DNA from: Blastocystis sp. Blastoise
Lineage: Eukaryota; Protista; Bigyra: Opalinata
Reading direction: 5' to 3'
DNA length: 64,000 bases
NCBI GenBank assembly: GCA_039096225.1
Contig: JBBPEB010000034.1
Location: 372,001 to 436,000 of the forward strand
Both the position numbers and the translations under genes were made by a program. Of the stretch, positions 17,851-29,678 are shown one piece after another. The notes below the pieces were generated by a model. It had not been told where the DNA came from. It worked only from the letters and a program-made list of their open reading frames with translations, and did no database searches. Each line of letters begins with the position of its first letter. Position 1 is the stretch's first letter.

Positions 17851-19976
17851 GAGACTGAATACTAAAAAGTTAACATAGTTTAAATGTTACTGTCTATTTA
17901 TAATCAATGACTATTATTTTTATTTTTGTGTTATGGTAAGTAAAATTAGGTCACTGAAAGAGCAATGACCAATTTTGAACACAATGAAAACCATATTGTG
18001 TTTAATTGTGTAATTATATTAATTATATACTGCTTCATTATGATAGTTAGGTCATTTAAAAAAAGAAAATGTTAAATCTGATATACTTTTACAAACTGAT
18101 TGACTAATTCTTTAAAAATATTTTTTATGAATAATTACTGGTTCTTTTTATTGCTACATACTTGTAGAAATGAATGTATAAAGAAATAAGTTTTTAGTGA
18201 ATCAATTCAAAGAGTATTAATAGAAATTAAAGTGTAAAAAAAATATTACTATAAACAAAACTATATATGTATAAACCTCTTACTTATTTAGCTAGAAACG
18301 TTAATAATAAACTAATTAATATTCTTATGATATAAAATAAAAGAAGAAATAAATAAATTAAACAAAATAATATTATAAACGAATATATATATAGTATTTA
18401 GTAGATAATAAAAAGAATAATAACATGAAATAGTAATTAAATATATATAATATTTTATTCCAGTTTATTATGTTCATAAAGCGTTCGTTCGATTGATTGT
18501 AAGAGAAGTTAACAGAAGAATGGATAGAGAAGCTTATTTTATATAAATAATACTAATAATAATAAGATATAGATTTAGTATAATAGATTAAGAAGAAGGT
18601 AAGATTAATAATAATAATAATAATAATAGTTATATATACTAATAGCTTCATTAATTTAAAACAACTAAATATAATCTTCTGTATATATATAAGAAACATA
18701 AACTTCATTTTCCCCTATATATAATTCTTTTATAGCTCCTATATTTTAGCTATTATTATTTCATCATTTTATTTAATATTCTTCTGTTATTGTATAGTTA
18801 AAAAAACAAGTTGATACAATACATACCCTATAATAATAATAATAATAATAATAATAAAATATACTTTAAATATATATGTATAATAAAGTGGCATATAGTA
18901 AAGAATGTCAGGCTTCATATATATATTGGGATATAAATTGAAGAGAAGGGATATAAATTAATAGAATTGCAGCATAATCTGACTTTCAAAATCTATTTAT
19001 ATGTATAAGTATATAATAATAAATATGAATATATGCCATTTTGATAGTTGTTGAAATTGTTCATGACATAATCGGAGAGATGAGGAAGTAGTATATATAT
19101 AGAATCATAGGTATCAGATCTATATTGACCTATATATATAATAAAATATTATAATAATAATATTACAAATAATAATAATATGCATAATAATAATAATAAT
19201 AATCACAATACATACCCACAATTTGTGAGAGTAGTTGAAGACCTAAAAGGGGAGGTAAGGTGACTGTAGTGGGTAGGCAGTGGGTAGAGACGGTAGTGGG
19301 AGGGGTTTGAATGGGTGTTGGGGAGGTAGTTGTTATATATAGAGAGGAATCAGGATTTGTAGGTAGAGAGAATAGGTAGGAGATCAGAGAAGGAAGTAAA
19401 GGAAGACTATATATATAGTTATATATAATAATAATAATAATATGCTTTATTAAGATATTATAAATAAATAATAAAACAAAATACATTTCTTTTTTCATAA
19501 TATTAATATAACTCTTTAATAAGTTGACAATAAGTACATATACATCTAATGTATTAATATATATAGAAGAGAGAGAAGTAATCATATTCATAATCTCTAT
19601 TAATTCTTCATTTACATGTAAATAAAAAGGATTTAAATCTGGTTGGCGGGGAAGAGGGACTGATGAATTCTCAATTTGGCGGGAACTGAATGTTTGTAAT
19701 CCATCAAGAATAGATGTCAAACAATTTATTATATAAGTCATATAATCATCTATATATATGTATATATAATAATAATAATAATAATAAATATTTACAAATA
19801 TATAAATATAAAATATAATCATAATCTTAATAATAATATATATAATTACGAATAATTTGTTCATTAGAAATATTATTATTTGAGGGGTTTTGGTTATGAA
19901 TACAGGCACTTATATTGGATATACAGAAACGAATAGAACTCTATATATATGTATATATATATGCTGAAATATAAAC

Positions 19977-20033
<57 letters not shown>

Positions 20034-20429
20034 TTTATATACCTTATGAAAATCAAAATCTTGTCGAAGTAAACGTGTGAATGAACATATTTCAAACAAT
20101 ATATATAAGTATTCTAAGGGTAGTGAAGAAGGTACTGAAGGGTAGGGAGAAAGAAGAAGAGAAGGCTTATATAATAATAATAAATATAATAATAATATCA
20201 AATATAATAATAATAATACATATAATAATATATGCATACCTTAAGTAATGTATATAGTTCTTCTAGTTGTTCATCAGTAATAAATATTTTATGTATATAT
20301 TTATTTAGTAAATATCCACTTCTCTTCATAAGTCCTTTTTCTTGGCATTGTAAACCAAGTATATATATAGAGAAACAAACGTCATATGTATTCTCCATTG
20401 AAGAAAGAAGATTTGTATATCTATAACAT

Positions 20430-20491
<62 letters not shown>

Positions 20492-20651
20492 ATAGTAAAT
20501 AATAATAAATGTGATAATAATTATAAGTCTATATTTACCTATATATAGTTTCTTCAAGAATAGAAATAACAAACACATGCTTATGGGCAGCATAATCGCG
20601 GTTATTCGAGAAACACATTAACATATTCACAACAAATGGACCCATAGAATC

Positions 20652-20743
<92 letters not shown>

Positions 20744-21301
20744 AAAAAAGTAATGCAACCAATTTAGATATAATAATAAAAAAAAATAAAACAATAATAA
20801 TAATAATAATAATAAACATTATAATAATAATGCTATATACCCTTCAATGTTGAGTCTCCAAATACAGATATTAAATGATAAAGAGCTTCTATATATCTCC
20901 ATGTATATTTCGAGTGATCCCCGCGGGGATCAGCAAGATTTTGTTGAAGTTGTTCTAAGAGTAATGTAACATAGCTACCTACTTTTGTAGGATTATTCTT
21001 TAATATAGTTTGTGCCAATTTATAAACTTTTGTTTGATAATCATATATATCAATGTTAAGAGATAAATCTTCAGATAAATCAAAATTTTCAGGGAACCTA
21101 TATATATATATAATATTATGTAGATTCTAATTGAATCAATAATAATTTAAATAAATAAAATAAAAAAAAATAAAATAAAATAAAATAAATAATATATATA
21201 TACATCATTTGTTGAATAATCGAGTCCATGACAGAAGGGAGAAGAGATAGAGAAGGGAAGAGAGAGAGGAAATAAGGTTGTTCAATATGACTGCAATAAT
21301 C

Positions 21302-21387
21302 GTGGAAATGAAGGAAAATTAATAAAGAACGAGTAGAATAGATTTAAAATAGAATAAAAATAGAATAGTATAAATATGAAAGGATAT
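21302..21387 (-). other. U12-type AT-AC intron (exportin-T copy)
   Basis: 5' ATATCCTTT, 3' TTTTCCTTCATTTCCAC. Phase 0 removal gives VLEILI|DYCSHI in frame. Confidence 0.85.
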
Positions 21388-21769
21388 AATTAATATTTCA
21401 AGAACAGGGTATACACAGGGTGAGGGATAAAATGTGACTTTCCCAAGGAAATCGAGAGATATAGAGAAATAAATAGAAAGAAGAGATGCAAGACGATTAT
21501 CAGCCTGTATAATAAATGGAATAATAAATATAATGATAAAATAATATTAATAAAAAAATAATAATGATAATAAGTAGAAAATAAAAATAATAAATAGAAT
21601 AATAAAACATAATAATAAATAGCTATATATAATATATACATCATTCTTAATAAATACATGAAATTGAGCCAGTTCATATCCAATAATATTAATCAGTTCC
21701 GCTAGAATAACAAGGAAGTCCATATCAATATCTACAGGAGAAGAGAAAGAAAGAGAAGGAGAGAGAGTA

Positions 21770-21896
21770 GTATATATAGAAGGTAAGAAGTTAAAGAAGA
21801 AGAGATAGTTGTATATATAGAAGGAGAGAAATAAATGTATTAAATATAATAATAAAATATAGAATAATAATAATAATAATAATATATAAAAGATAT
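21770..21896 (-). other. Probable U12-type AT-AC intron (exportin-T copy)
   Basis: 5' ATATCTTTT, branch-like TTCTTTAAC, 3' TATATAC. Phase 2 removal restores the frame. There is no GT or AG anywhere inside the intron, but alternative AC acceptors exist. Confidence 0.65.
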
Positions 21897-21988
21897 ATAT
21901 TGAGTAGAATGAGACAGTTAATCTTATCATCTAGACTCATACCTTTATCAATTATCTATATATAATAATAATAATAATAATAATATAC

Positions 21989-22628
21989 TATAGCTATCAT
22001 CAACTTTATTTATTGAATATATTATAAAAGTCTTCACAAAAGCCATTAATAAAATGAGATGAATTCGATATATATAAGTCAAAATATTTATGGTAATTCT
22101 GTAATATTCATAGACATATACAGAACAGACTAATCATTTCACTATTATTACAATCTAAATAACACCCCAATTGTGATTTAGTAATACAGAAAGAACGGTT
22201 TCTAACAAAAGTTTATTAACCTTCAACAAATAGTGCTTTATTCACGATTATATATAGAAGAATTGAAAAAGAGACATACATAATAATAATATAATCTATA
22301 TCTTCATTTATTGTGTTCATTAACGAATATTCTTTATGATAATAGTGTTCATTTTAAAGCTCTTTCTGTAAGTGACATTAATTGTTTTTGTATAGATATA
22401 TAGAATAAGGAATACTATCAAGAGACTAAGTATAAGAAAATTGAGAAGACAAAGAAGGTATTGAAATACTATTTATATAGATACTAAAGATTATGATTAT
22501 AATAAAGATAATAATGATATATATATACAGAATATATTGTTTATTTTTATATAATGAATTAAATATAGTAGTAATAGAAGCAGATTCAGTATGTATTTTA
22601 ATATATATTTTAATACATTTGTAAACTA
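21989..22628 (-). pseudogene. NOL6: Decayed captured fragment of NOL6 (corresponds to ~4058-5006)
   Basis: Nucleotide similarity to four NOL6 exons, e.g. TTTTAAAGCTCTTTC, ATTGAGAAGA...ATTGAAATACTAT, ATATAATGAATT, AGAAGCAGATTC, AATTCTRTAATATTCA. Several stops and frameshifts. Confidence 0.88.
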
Positions 22629-23289
22629 TAGAATAATAATAATATAATAAAAGGATAAAAGGTAATTATAATAATATATATAGTGTATATATATGGTTTT
22701 CTATAGATTCAATAAGACAGATACATAATAAATTTCTATAAAAACTCACTATTTCTGTTAGCTTGTTCATTTGAATATACCTGTAAAGTATTATTTAATT
22801 AATATATATATATACTATTATTATAAATTTTGTTAAAAAAACATCTTTCTTTTGTATCTTACTTTTTATTATTTTTGTATATAATAATATTATTTAAAAA
22901 CCTAAATATAAATAAATATAAATATATTCATATATATTAAATAAAAAATGTATATATATGTATATATTCTTCTTAATAATAAAAAAGTATACATATATAC
23001 CATCATATTCAATTAAAATTGTTTTAAACATCATTTGTTAATTAAAAATTTCCTATATAAACCATAAATAAGATAAAAACTATTATAAAAAATATATTAT
23101 TAAAAAAATATTATTAATAATTAAAAGTAATATATATATATATAATAAAATATTGAACTATAGAACTAACTGTAAATATACAATAAAATAACTATATTCA
23201 GTATATTTAAAGTTAATATAATTAGAATAGCATTGTAAAATAATATAAATTAAATAAAAAACAAAATTAAATAAAAAATATATATGTAT

Positions 23290-23760
23290 AAATATTTACC
23301 TATAAGAATTTTTGTATTTGTTTTTGTTTCTTAATTTTGAATATTTAATAACCCAAGATGACATTATTGTAGTATATTTAATATCCTAAATTAAAATAAA
23401 TAAATAATATAAAATAATAAATATATACAAAAAAAAATGATCTCCCATTCTCTCCCATTTTGAATTTCTTGAATTTATTTTGATTTGAAACTGTTCATAT
23501 ACCTTTTCAGAGTACCTTGAATCATTCCAATTATCAATAACCTATATAAAAATAATAATAATTATCAACATTTACAATACTTAGTTTAGCATACTTCTGA
23601 CTACTTTATCACAATTGAATCACTGTCTAATAGCTTCAGGTACTGTCAATAACCTATAAATACAAATAAATATGAATATAATTGCAATTAAGTTTTTGAG
23701 TTTCAAATAAAAAGAAAATATTAATACTACAGAGATGATATATACTTCCTGAGATAGCTA
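23290..23760 (-). pseudogene. Decayed 5' exons of a gene in the right arm of the outer element
   Basis: Homologous to 15750-16230; in-frame stops. Confidence 0.5.
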
Positions 23761-25953
23761 GAATAAAAAATAAAATATAAATACTAATAATTCATTCAGA
23801 ATATGTATTTAAAATGCTGCTTTTTTTTATAAGAAAATAAAGTTAATTTTTTTTATAAGAAATTTACAGTGTAATTCTTTTAATACAAAGTCAGTCGCCA
23901 CTGAATTTTCTTAAAACAGAAAAAGTCTGCCTACTATTTAACTTTAGATTATAAAAATCATTGAATTATTATAAATGGATTTATTGATAAAACTATTAAT
24001 TATATTTGTTTGTACCGTTTTGAATGAAGAAGAATTTGTGTATAGAATGTTATTCATTAACTTTAATAAGAATAAAAAGGAAAAAAAAGCTAATTTGTTA
24101 AAAATATTTTTTTTGATATCCTTAAATAAAGTATTCATATAATGTGTCTACCAAGTATTCTAAGCACAGTCAAATGCAAATTATTCAACAAGAAGATAAT
24201 TAAGAAAATGTTGATATAATCGTAGTATTCTTTTTAATTTTATTTAAGGTTCTTCTAACTGTCCTCATCAAAATAAACCCAGTAGACACCTATATTCAAC
24301 AGTTTAATACAATATTTTTCCATCACCATTAACTAGTTGTTTCTATAACATTTTCACATCAATTACAAGTATCATCGACTTTCCAAACAATATATATTAT
24401 TCATATTAAAAATTATATACTCTAATACAAAATAATTAAAAAAATGTAATGTTGTGTTTGCTTTTTATAAAAAAATACACAAAATGAGTATCAAGCGCCA
24501 CTTGGTGGTCAAATAGTCGAGCTAAAAAAAGATTTAAGAGCGTGTTCATTTTTTTTGGCGCTTAGGGGTACCACCAAATGGGGCTACACGGGAAAAACCT
24601 GCCTACAGGTGAATTATTTTTTGTTTTGTTAAATGAGAAAAACATAACAAGGAATGAATATTATTGTTTACTATGTAGCCACTGATGAATAAAACACTTG
24701 TGAAAAAATGATACAAAAGAAATAAGAAAAAATGTGTATTATAAATTGGCGAGGTATGATCAAAAAGATATATAATGACTGTCTATGTTCTAATTTCTTT
24801 TCCCTATATGAGAATAACTAAGATAAATATTAAAATGTTGTTACAAAAAAATATTTCTTAAAAAAAAAAGAAGTTCAAGTGGTGTTAGACGATGAGAAAT
24901 TATGTAAAGAAGAAATAACAAAAATAATAAAATAATGGAAAATATTAATTGGTTAATATTAATATAGATAGAAATATAGATTAAGAAAGGAGGAAATGAA
25001 TAAAAAAAGAGAATGATATAAAATAGATCTAAAGAAAAAAGATCTACAGATAGAATTAATATATATATATATATATGGAATAATAAAATTCAAAAAAAAA
25101 AAAAAAAAAATACAAAAAAAAAAAAACAATAGAATTTATATATACAAATGTAATAATAATAATAGAAATACAAGGAACGAATATTCATAAAATGATATAT
25201 ATAATAATATAAAATAATATATATATATATATATGTTAAGTTCAGTATTATTTCAGGAGATAATAACAAAAAAAAAAATAATAATAAGTTTAATTATAAT
25301 TAATAATAAATCTTATAAACAAAGAATTATATATATATATATAATGTACAATAGAATTGGTTTTTTTTTATATATAGATAAAATAAAATGTTAAAAAAAA
25401 ACAATCAAACATAATGTTATATATATATTTGAAAAAAAAAATAATAATAATACAACCTTTGATTTGTATAATAGATAACAAATAGAATAAGTCAAAAAAA
25501 AAAGAAGAAGAAGAAGATAGGAAATGAATTGAATAATAAAATAAAAGAAGAAAAAAAAGAAAGAGAGTGTATTTTTTTAAGGATAAGAAATAATATAAAA
25601 AATAGGGTAGAATATAAAATTTTATCATACGATTTTACAAAAATATAAAAGAAAATATATATATATATATACATATTAAAGAAGAAGAAAACCTAATATA
25701 TATATATATATATATAGAAATGTTCAAATATATATATGGGAGTATTGATAATTAATAAAAATATTAGAAAAATGAGAAATAATAATAAAATGATTCAATT
25801 GAATAAAACAAAAAAAAAATTTTAAATTGTTATATATATGATATAATAAAAAAAATTAAAGTATTCATAATATAAAGTAAGATTTATAAAATTTGAAAAA
25901 TAATGAATAATAAAATATATATTATATATAAACAATATTCATATAAAATTTCA

Positions 25954-27074
25954 TTATTCTTTTTGAATAATTTCTTTAATATTTGTAATTAGAAGGATTA
26001 GTGTTTGTTTATTTGATAGTTTAAAACAATCAAATTCATCACGAAATACTTGTATAACTGTATTCATATGAAATTCATTATGAATATCTATAAATTGTAT
26101 ATATTGATATAATTTCATTAAAACTAATGATTTTATTTGTACATTTATAGTAACTCCTTGATTTGTTTGTTCAATAAATAATAAATCGGCAATTAATTTC
26201 TTCATATTAAAATATTGTTTATCATATACTTTAACACGTCTTTTTAAGAAGAATCCAGGTATTAAAGAAGGAATAAGAGGATTAGGAGGAGGAGGAGGAA
26301 TAGTAGTAGTAGTAGTAGTAGTAGTAGGAATAGAAGGAATAGAAGGAATTGGAGATAAATCTTCAGAAGTAGTAATTGTAGTAGTAGTATTATATGTATC
26401 TATATTATTATTATTATTATTATTATTATCTTTGTTAATATCTATATTATTATTATTATTAGTATTATTAATGTTAGTACTTGTATTTTGGTACTTTTCA
26501 ATTTTACTATTATTATTATTATTATTAATCATATTATTATTATAATTATTACTATTATTATTCATATTATTACTATTATTATTCATATTATTATTATTAA
26601 CATTATTATCTTTATATCCATATTGAATAGAAGCACAAGAATAACTTTCAGGACGACTTGGATAATAATCTTCTTCTTCATAATCACGAAGAGAATCATG
26701 AGTATAATTATGAGGATCTTCAAAAGAAGGATCAGTAAGCATAGTATCAGTATATATATAAGGCATACTATGTCTATAAGACAGAGATGAATTTAAATTA
26801 TTATTATTATTATTAGTATTATTTAAATTCTTATGAGTAGGGGATGATTGAGGTATAGATGAATTTATATGAGCATATAAACTAGAAGAAGGATGAATAG
26901 AATTTCCACGAGGAGAACTAACATTAATAGGATATATATAATTATTTGTTGTTTTATTTAATCTATTTTTAGAAGTAGAAATATCTGAATAAGTAGGTAT
27001 ATGACTCTCATTTATATTATTATTATTATTATGTTGAAATGAAAGACGACTTGGTAAAGAAGGAGTAGGAGTAA

Positions 27075-27135
<61 letters not shown>

Positions 27136-27276
27136 TGATTCATTTTTATTTTCTTCTTGTATTATAATAGGATTAATAGAAGAAGGATAGATAGATTGAG
27201 AAGGAATTGAAGTTAAAGGTGAACTTATAATATTTTGAGACTTAGTAGTAGAATTATTGAGAATAGTATCTGATAG

Positions 27277-27335
<59 letters not shown>

Positions 27336-27419
27336 CTTTTATGGAACTAGTAAGAATATCCAATGAAATAAGATTTGACGTAGTTTCACTTGAATTATTA
27401 TTATTAATATTATTATTAA

Positions 27420-27452
<33 letters not shown>

Positions 27453-27729
27453 CTTTATTATTATTAATAATATTATTATTACTTTTAGGAATAGGATCTT
27501 CATGATTCATACCTACATAAACAGGTGTAGGATAAATAGAAGGACTATTTATATTCATAGATATCTTGGAATTTCCACGGGGAGACTGTATAGAATGAAT
27601 AACTGGTGTTGTAATAATTGTAGAAACAGTATGTATAGGAGATTGTTGAGGGGAAAATAATTGTGTAACTGTGTTCGTAGTAGAAGAAGGATTAAAAAAG
27701 GAAGGATTTGGTGAGAATGTAGAATTTAC

Positions 27730-27816
<87 letters not shown>

Positions 27817-28918
27817 TATAATCATATTATATATATAATATATACAAAAATGAGATTTTAGATCACTATTTTTTGGAGTAACATTATTAGGTGCTATATT
27901 AGCCGAGGAAATCGGATTAGGAGATGCAACACCATAGGGAGAAAAAGGATGAGGAGAGAAGAGAGAACAAGATATAGTCTATAGAATAAATAATAATAAT
28001 ACTAATAGAATATATATATATATATATATATACAGAATTTCTTGAAGGATATTCATCAGTATCTGTCTATATATTAAAATATAAATATAATAAATATAAT
28101 AAATATAATAAATATAATAAATATAAATATAATAAATATAAATATAATAAATATAATAAATATAAATATAATAAATATAAATATAATAAATACATAAAAT
28201 TTATTGGATAAATCACTATATCGTTCTATTCCCTTACTATCGCGTTCATCAAGCCCTACTATCGACGTCGATAAGCATTGACCAGCGGAAGAAACACGGT
28301 GATGGGTAGGGCGATCATAAGAAGATGTATCATAACGATACGAAGGATAATAAGGTGATTTTTGACGTGAAGATGAAGATGAAGAAGATGATGATGATGG
28401 TAAATAATTAATAGGTTCTTTATATACATATTTTGAAGTAGATAAAGAAGGAGGTGACATTTCGTTTATATAACGATTATCTTCTAGAAAATAAAAATTA
28501 TAATAAATATATAATAAATATAATAATAAATATACCATAATAATTATTTGACACTCTATTTACACTCGATGTTCGTGGAGATACCATTTTTAGTTCTTTA
28601 TTTGTTGATCCATAACCGCGGTTATTTGTTCTAATAAAAGAGTCTATAGGAAGATCATATTTTTGTTGAATATCTTGTATATATCCTTTATAATAAGCAT
28701 TTTGTTCCCATAATAATTTACGTTCATTATTTAAATCATCAATAGTGACTTTTTTAGATGTATTTAATTGTGTTAAATAATCAATTTCTTCTTTTTGTTT
28801 ATTTATATAGATATTTTGACTTTCAATTGTACTTTGTAATGAATATATTGTATCTTGATATCGTTTATATATAGCAGAAGAATTCAATGAATAATTATCT
28901 CCAGATGGCTATAGTATA

Positions 28919-29009
<91 letters not shown>

Positions 29010-29019
29010 CAAATAATTA

Positions 29020-29054
<35 letters not shown>

Positions 29055-29678
29055 CAAAAATACACATAATAAACAAATAATTAAATAATAAATAAAATAA
29101 AAATAATATATATACTAATGTTAAAGAAGGAACAGTAGCAGAACCTAATGGATTTTCAGAATTATTTGAATCTATTTATAAATATATTTATATACAAAAA
29201 AAAAAATAAAATTAAAATAAAAAAAAAAAATTAAAATAAAAAAAAAAGCGTAAAAAAAATATTTACGTTGAATGTCCATTTCAGAATTGATGAGTATATT
29301 ATTTTGATTTTCTTTTATAGAAGATTTTTTATCTTTATTATTATCAACATTCACTTTTGAGCATTCTACAGTTATATCATCATTATCTATATTAAGTTCT
29401 TGTTCTACAAATATTTTTTGATCTATTTCAGGTTTTGAACTTGGAGATAATAAGTGTTGCATCACATTTTCAACTTTATTAAATGAAGAATGATCATGAA
29501 TAGGAGAGTCATCTAAATTGCTCTTCAATGGATCACACTGCATATCATCGAAAGGATTTAAATCCTAAAAAAAAATTTAAAGTAATCAAACAAAATTCGA
29601 AAATAGTATATTTACTTCAAAATTATTTATAGACATCTTCTCGTTTTGTCGATTTGGATGATGAAGAGTTCCTTTCAT
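25954..29678 (-). CDS. Uncharacterised Asn/Ser/Pro-rich protein with a coiled-coil segment, multi-exon
   Basis: ATG at 29678 (MKGTLHHPNRQNEK). Exons join ORFs 29172-29543, 28498-28887, 28074-28538 and 25954-27825 through GT-AG introns. Poly-Asn tracts and a poly-Pro stretch precede a globular-looking C-terminus. Confidence 0.7.

Larger units (their letters stand above)
18440..21955 (-). pseudogene. XPOT: 5'-truncated exportin-T (XPOT/Los1) gene copy carried inside the outer transposon
   Basis: Spliced translation gives IIDKGMSLDDK, DIDMDFLVILAELINIIG, MDSIIQQM.FPENFDL...YDYQTKVYKL, EETIYRY...GL...MKRSGYLLNKYI and ILPLLPSLI. These follow the order of exportin-T motifs recalled from homologues (VNKGMDPVDK, DVDFLARFSKLVN, ETVVRY, RSRTAYLFSRFV, VLPFIP). 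The N-terminal quarter is missing. Premature TAA at 18958-18960, with decayed exons beyond it. Confidence 0.75.
9796..24611. mobile_element. Outer CAC-terminated DNA transposon (CACTA/CMC-like, apparently non-autonomous, Pack-type), 14.8 kb including nested insertions
   Basis: 19-bp TIRs CACTTGTAGGCAGGTTTTT (9796-9814) and AAAAACCTGCCTACAGGTG (24593-24611), one mismatch. 3-bp TSD AAT at 9793-9795 and 24612-24614. GC-richer subterminal regions carry GGCGCTT and ACCACC repeats. No transposase recognised. Confidence 0.85.

Noticed and set aside
18958-18960. In-frame TAA suggesting stop-codon reassignment
   Set aside because: It lies in a transposon-borne pseudogene; intact genes end at TAA/TAG and their long exons lack internal stops.
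23921-23940. TIR-like AAAAGTCTGCCTACTATTT inside the outer element
   Set aside because: It lacks the terminal GTG and has no partner or TSD; at most a decayed end, so not called as an element.
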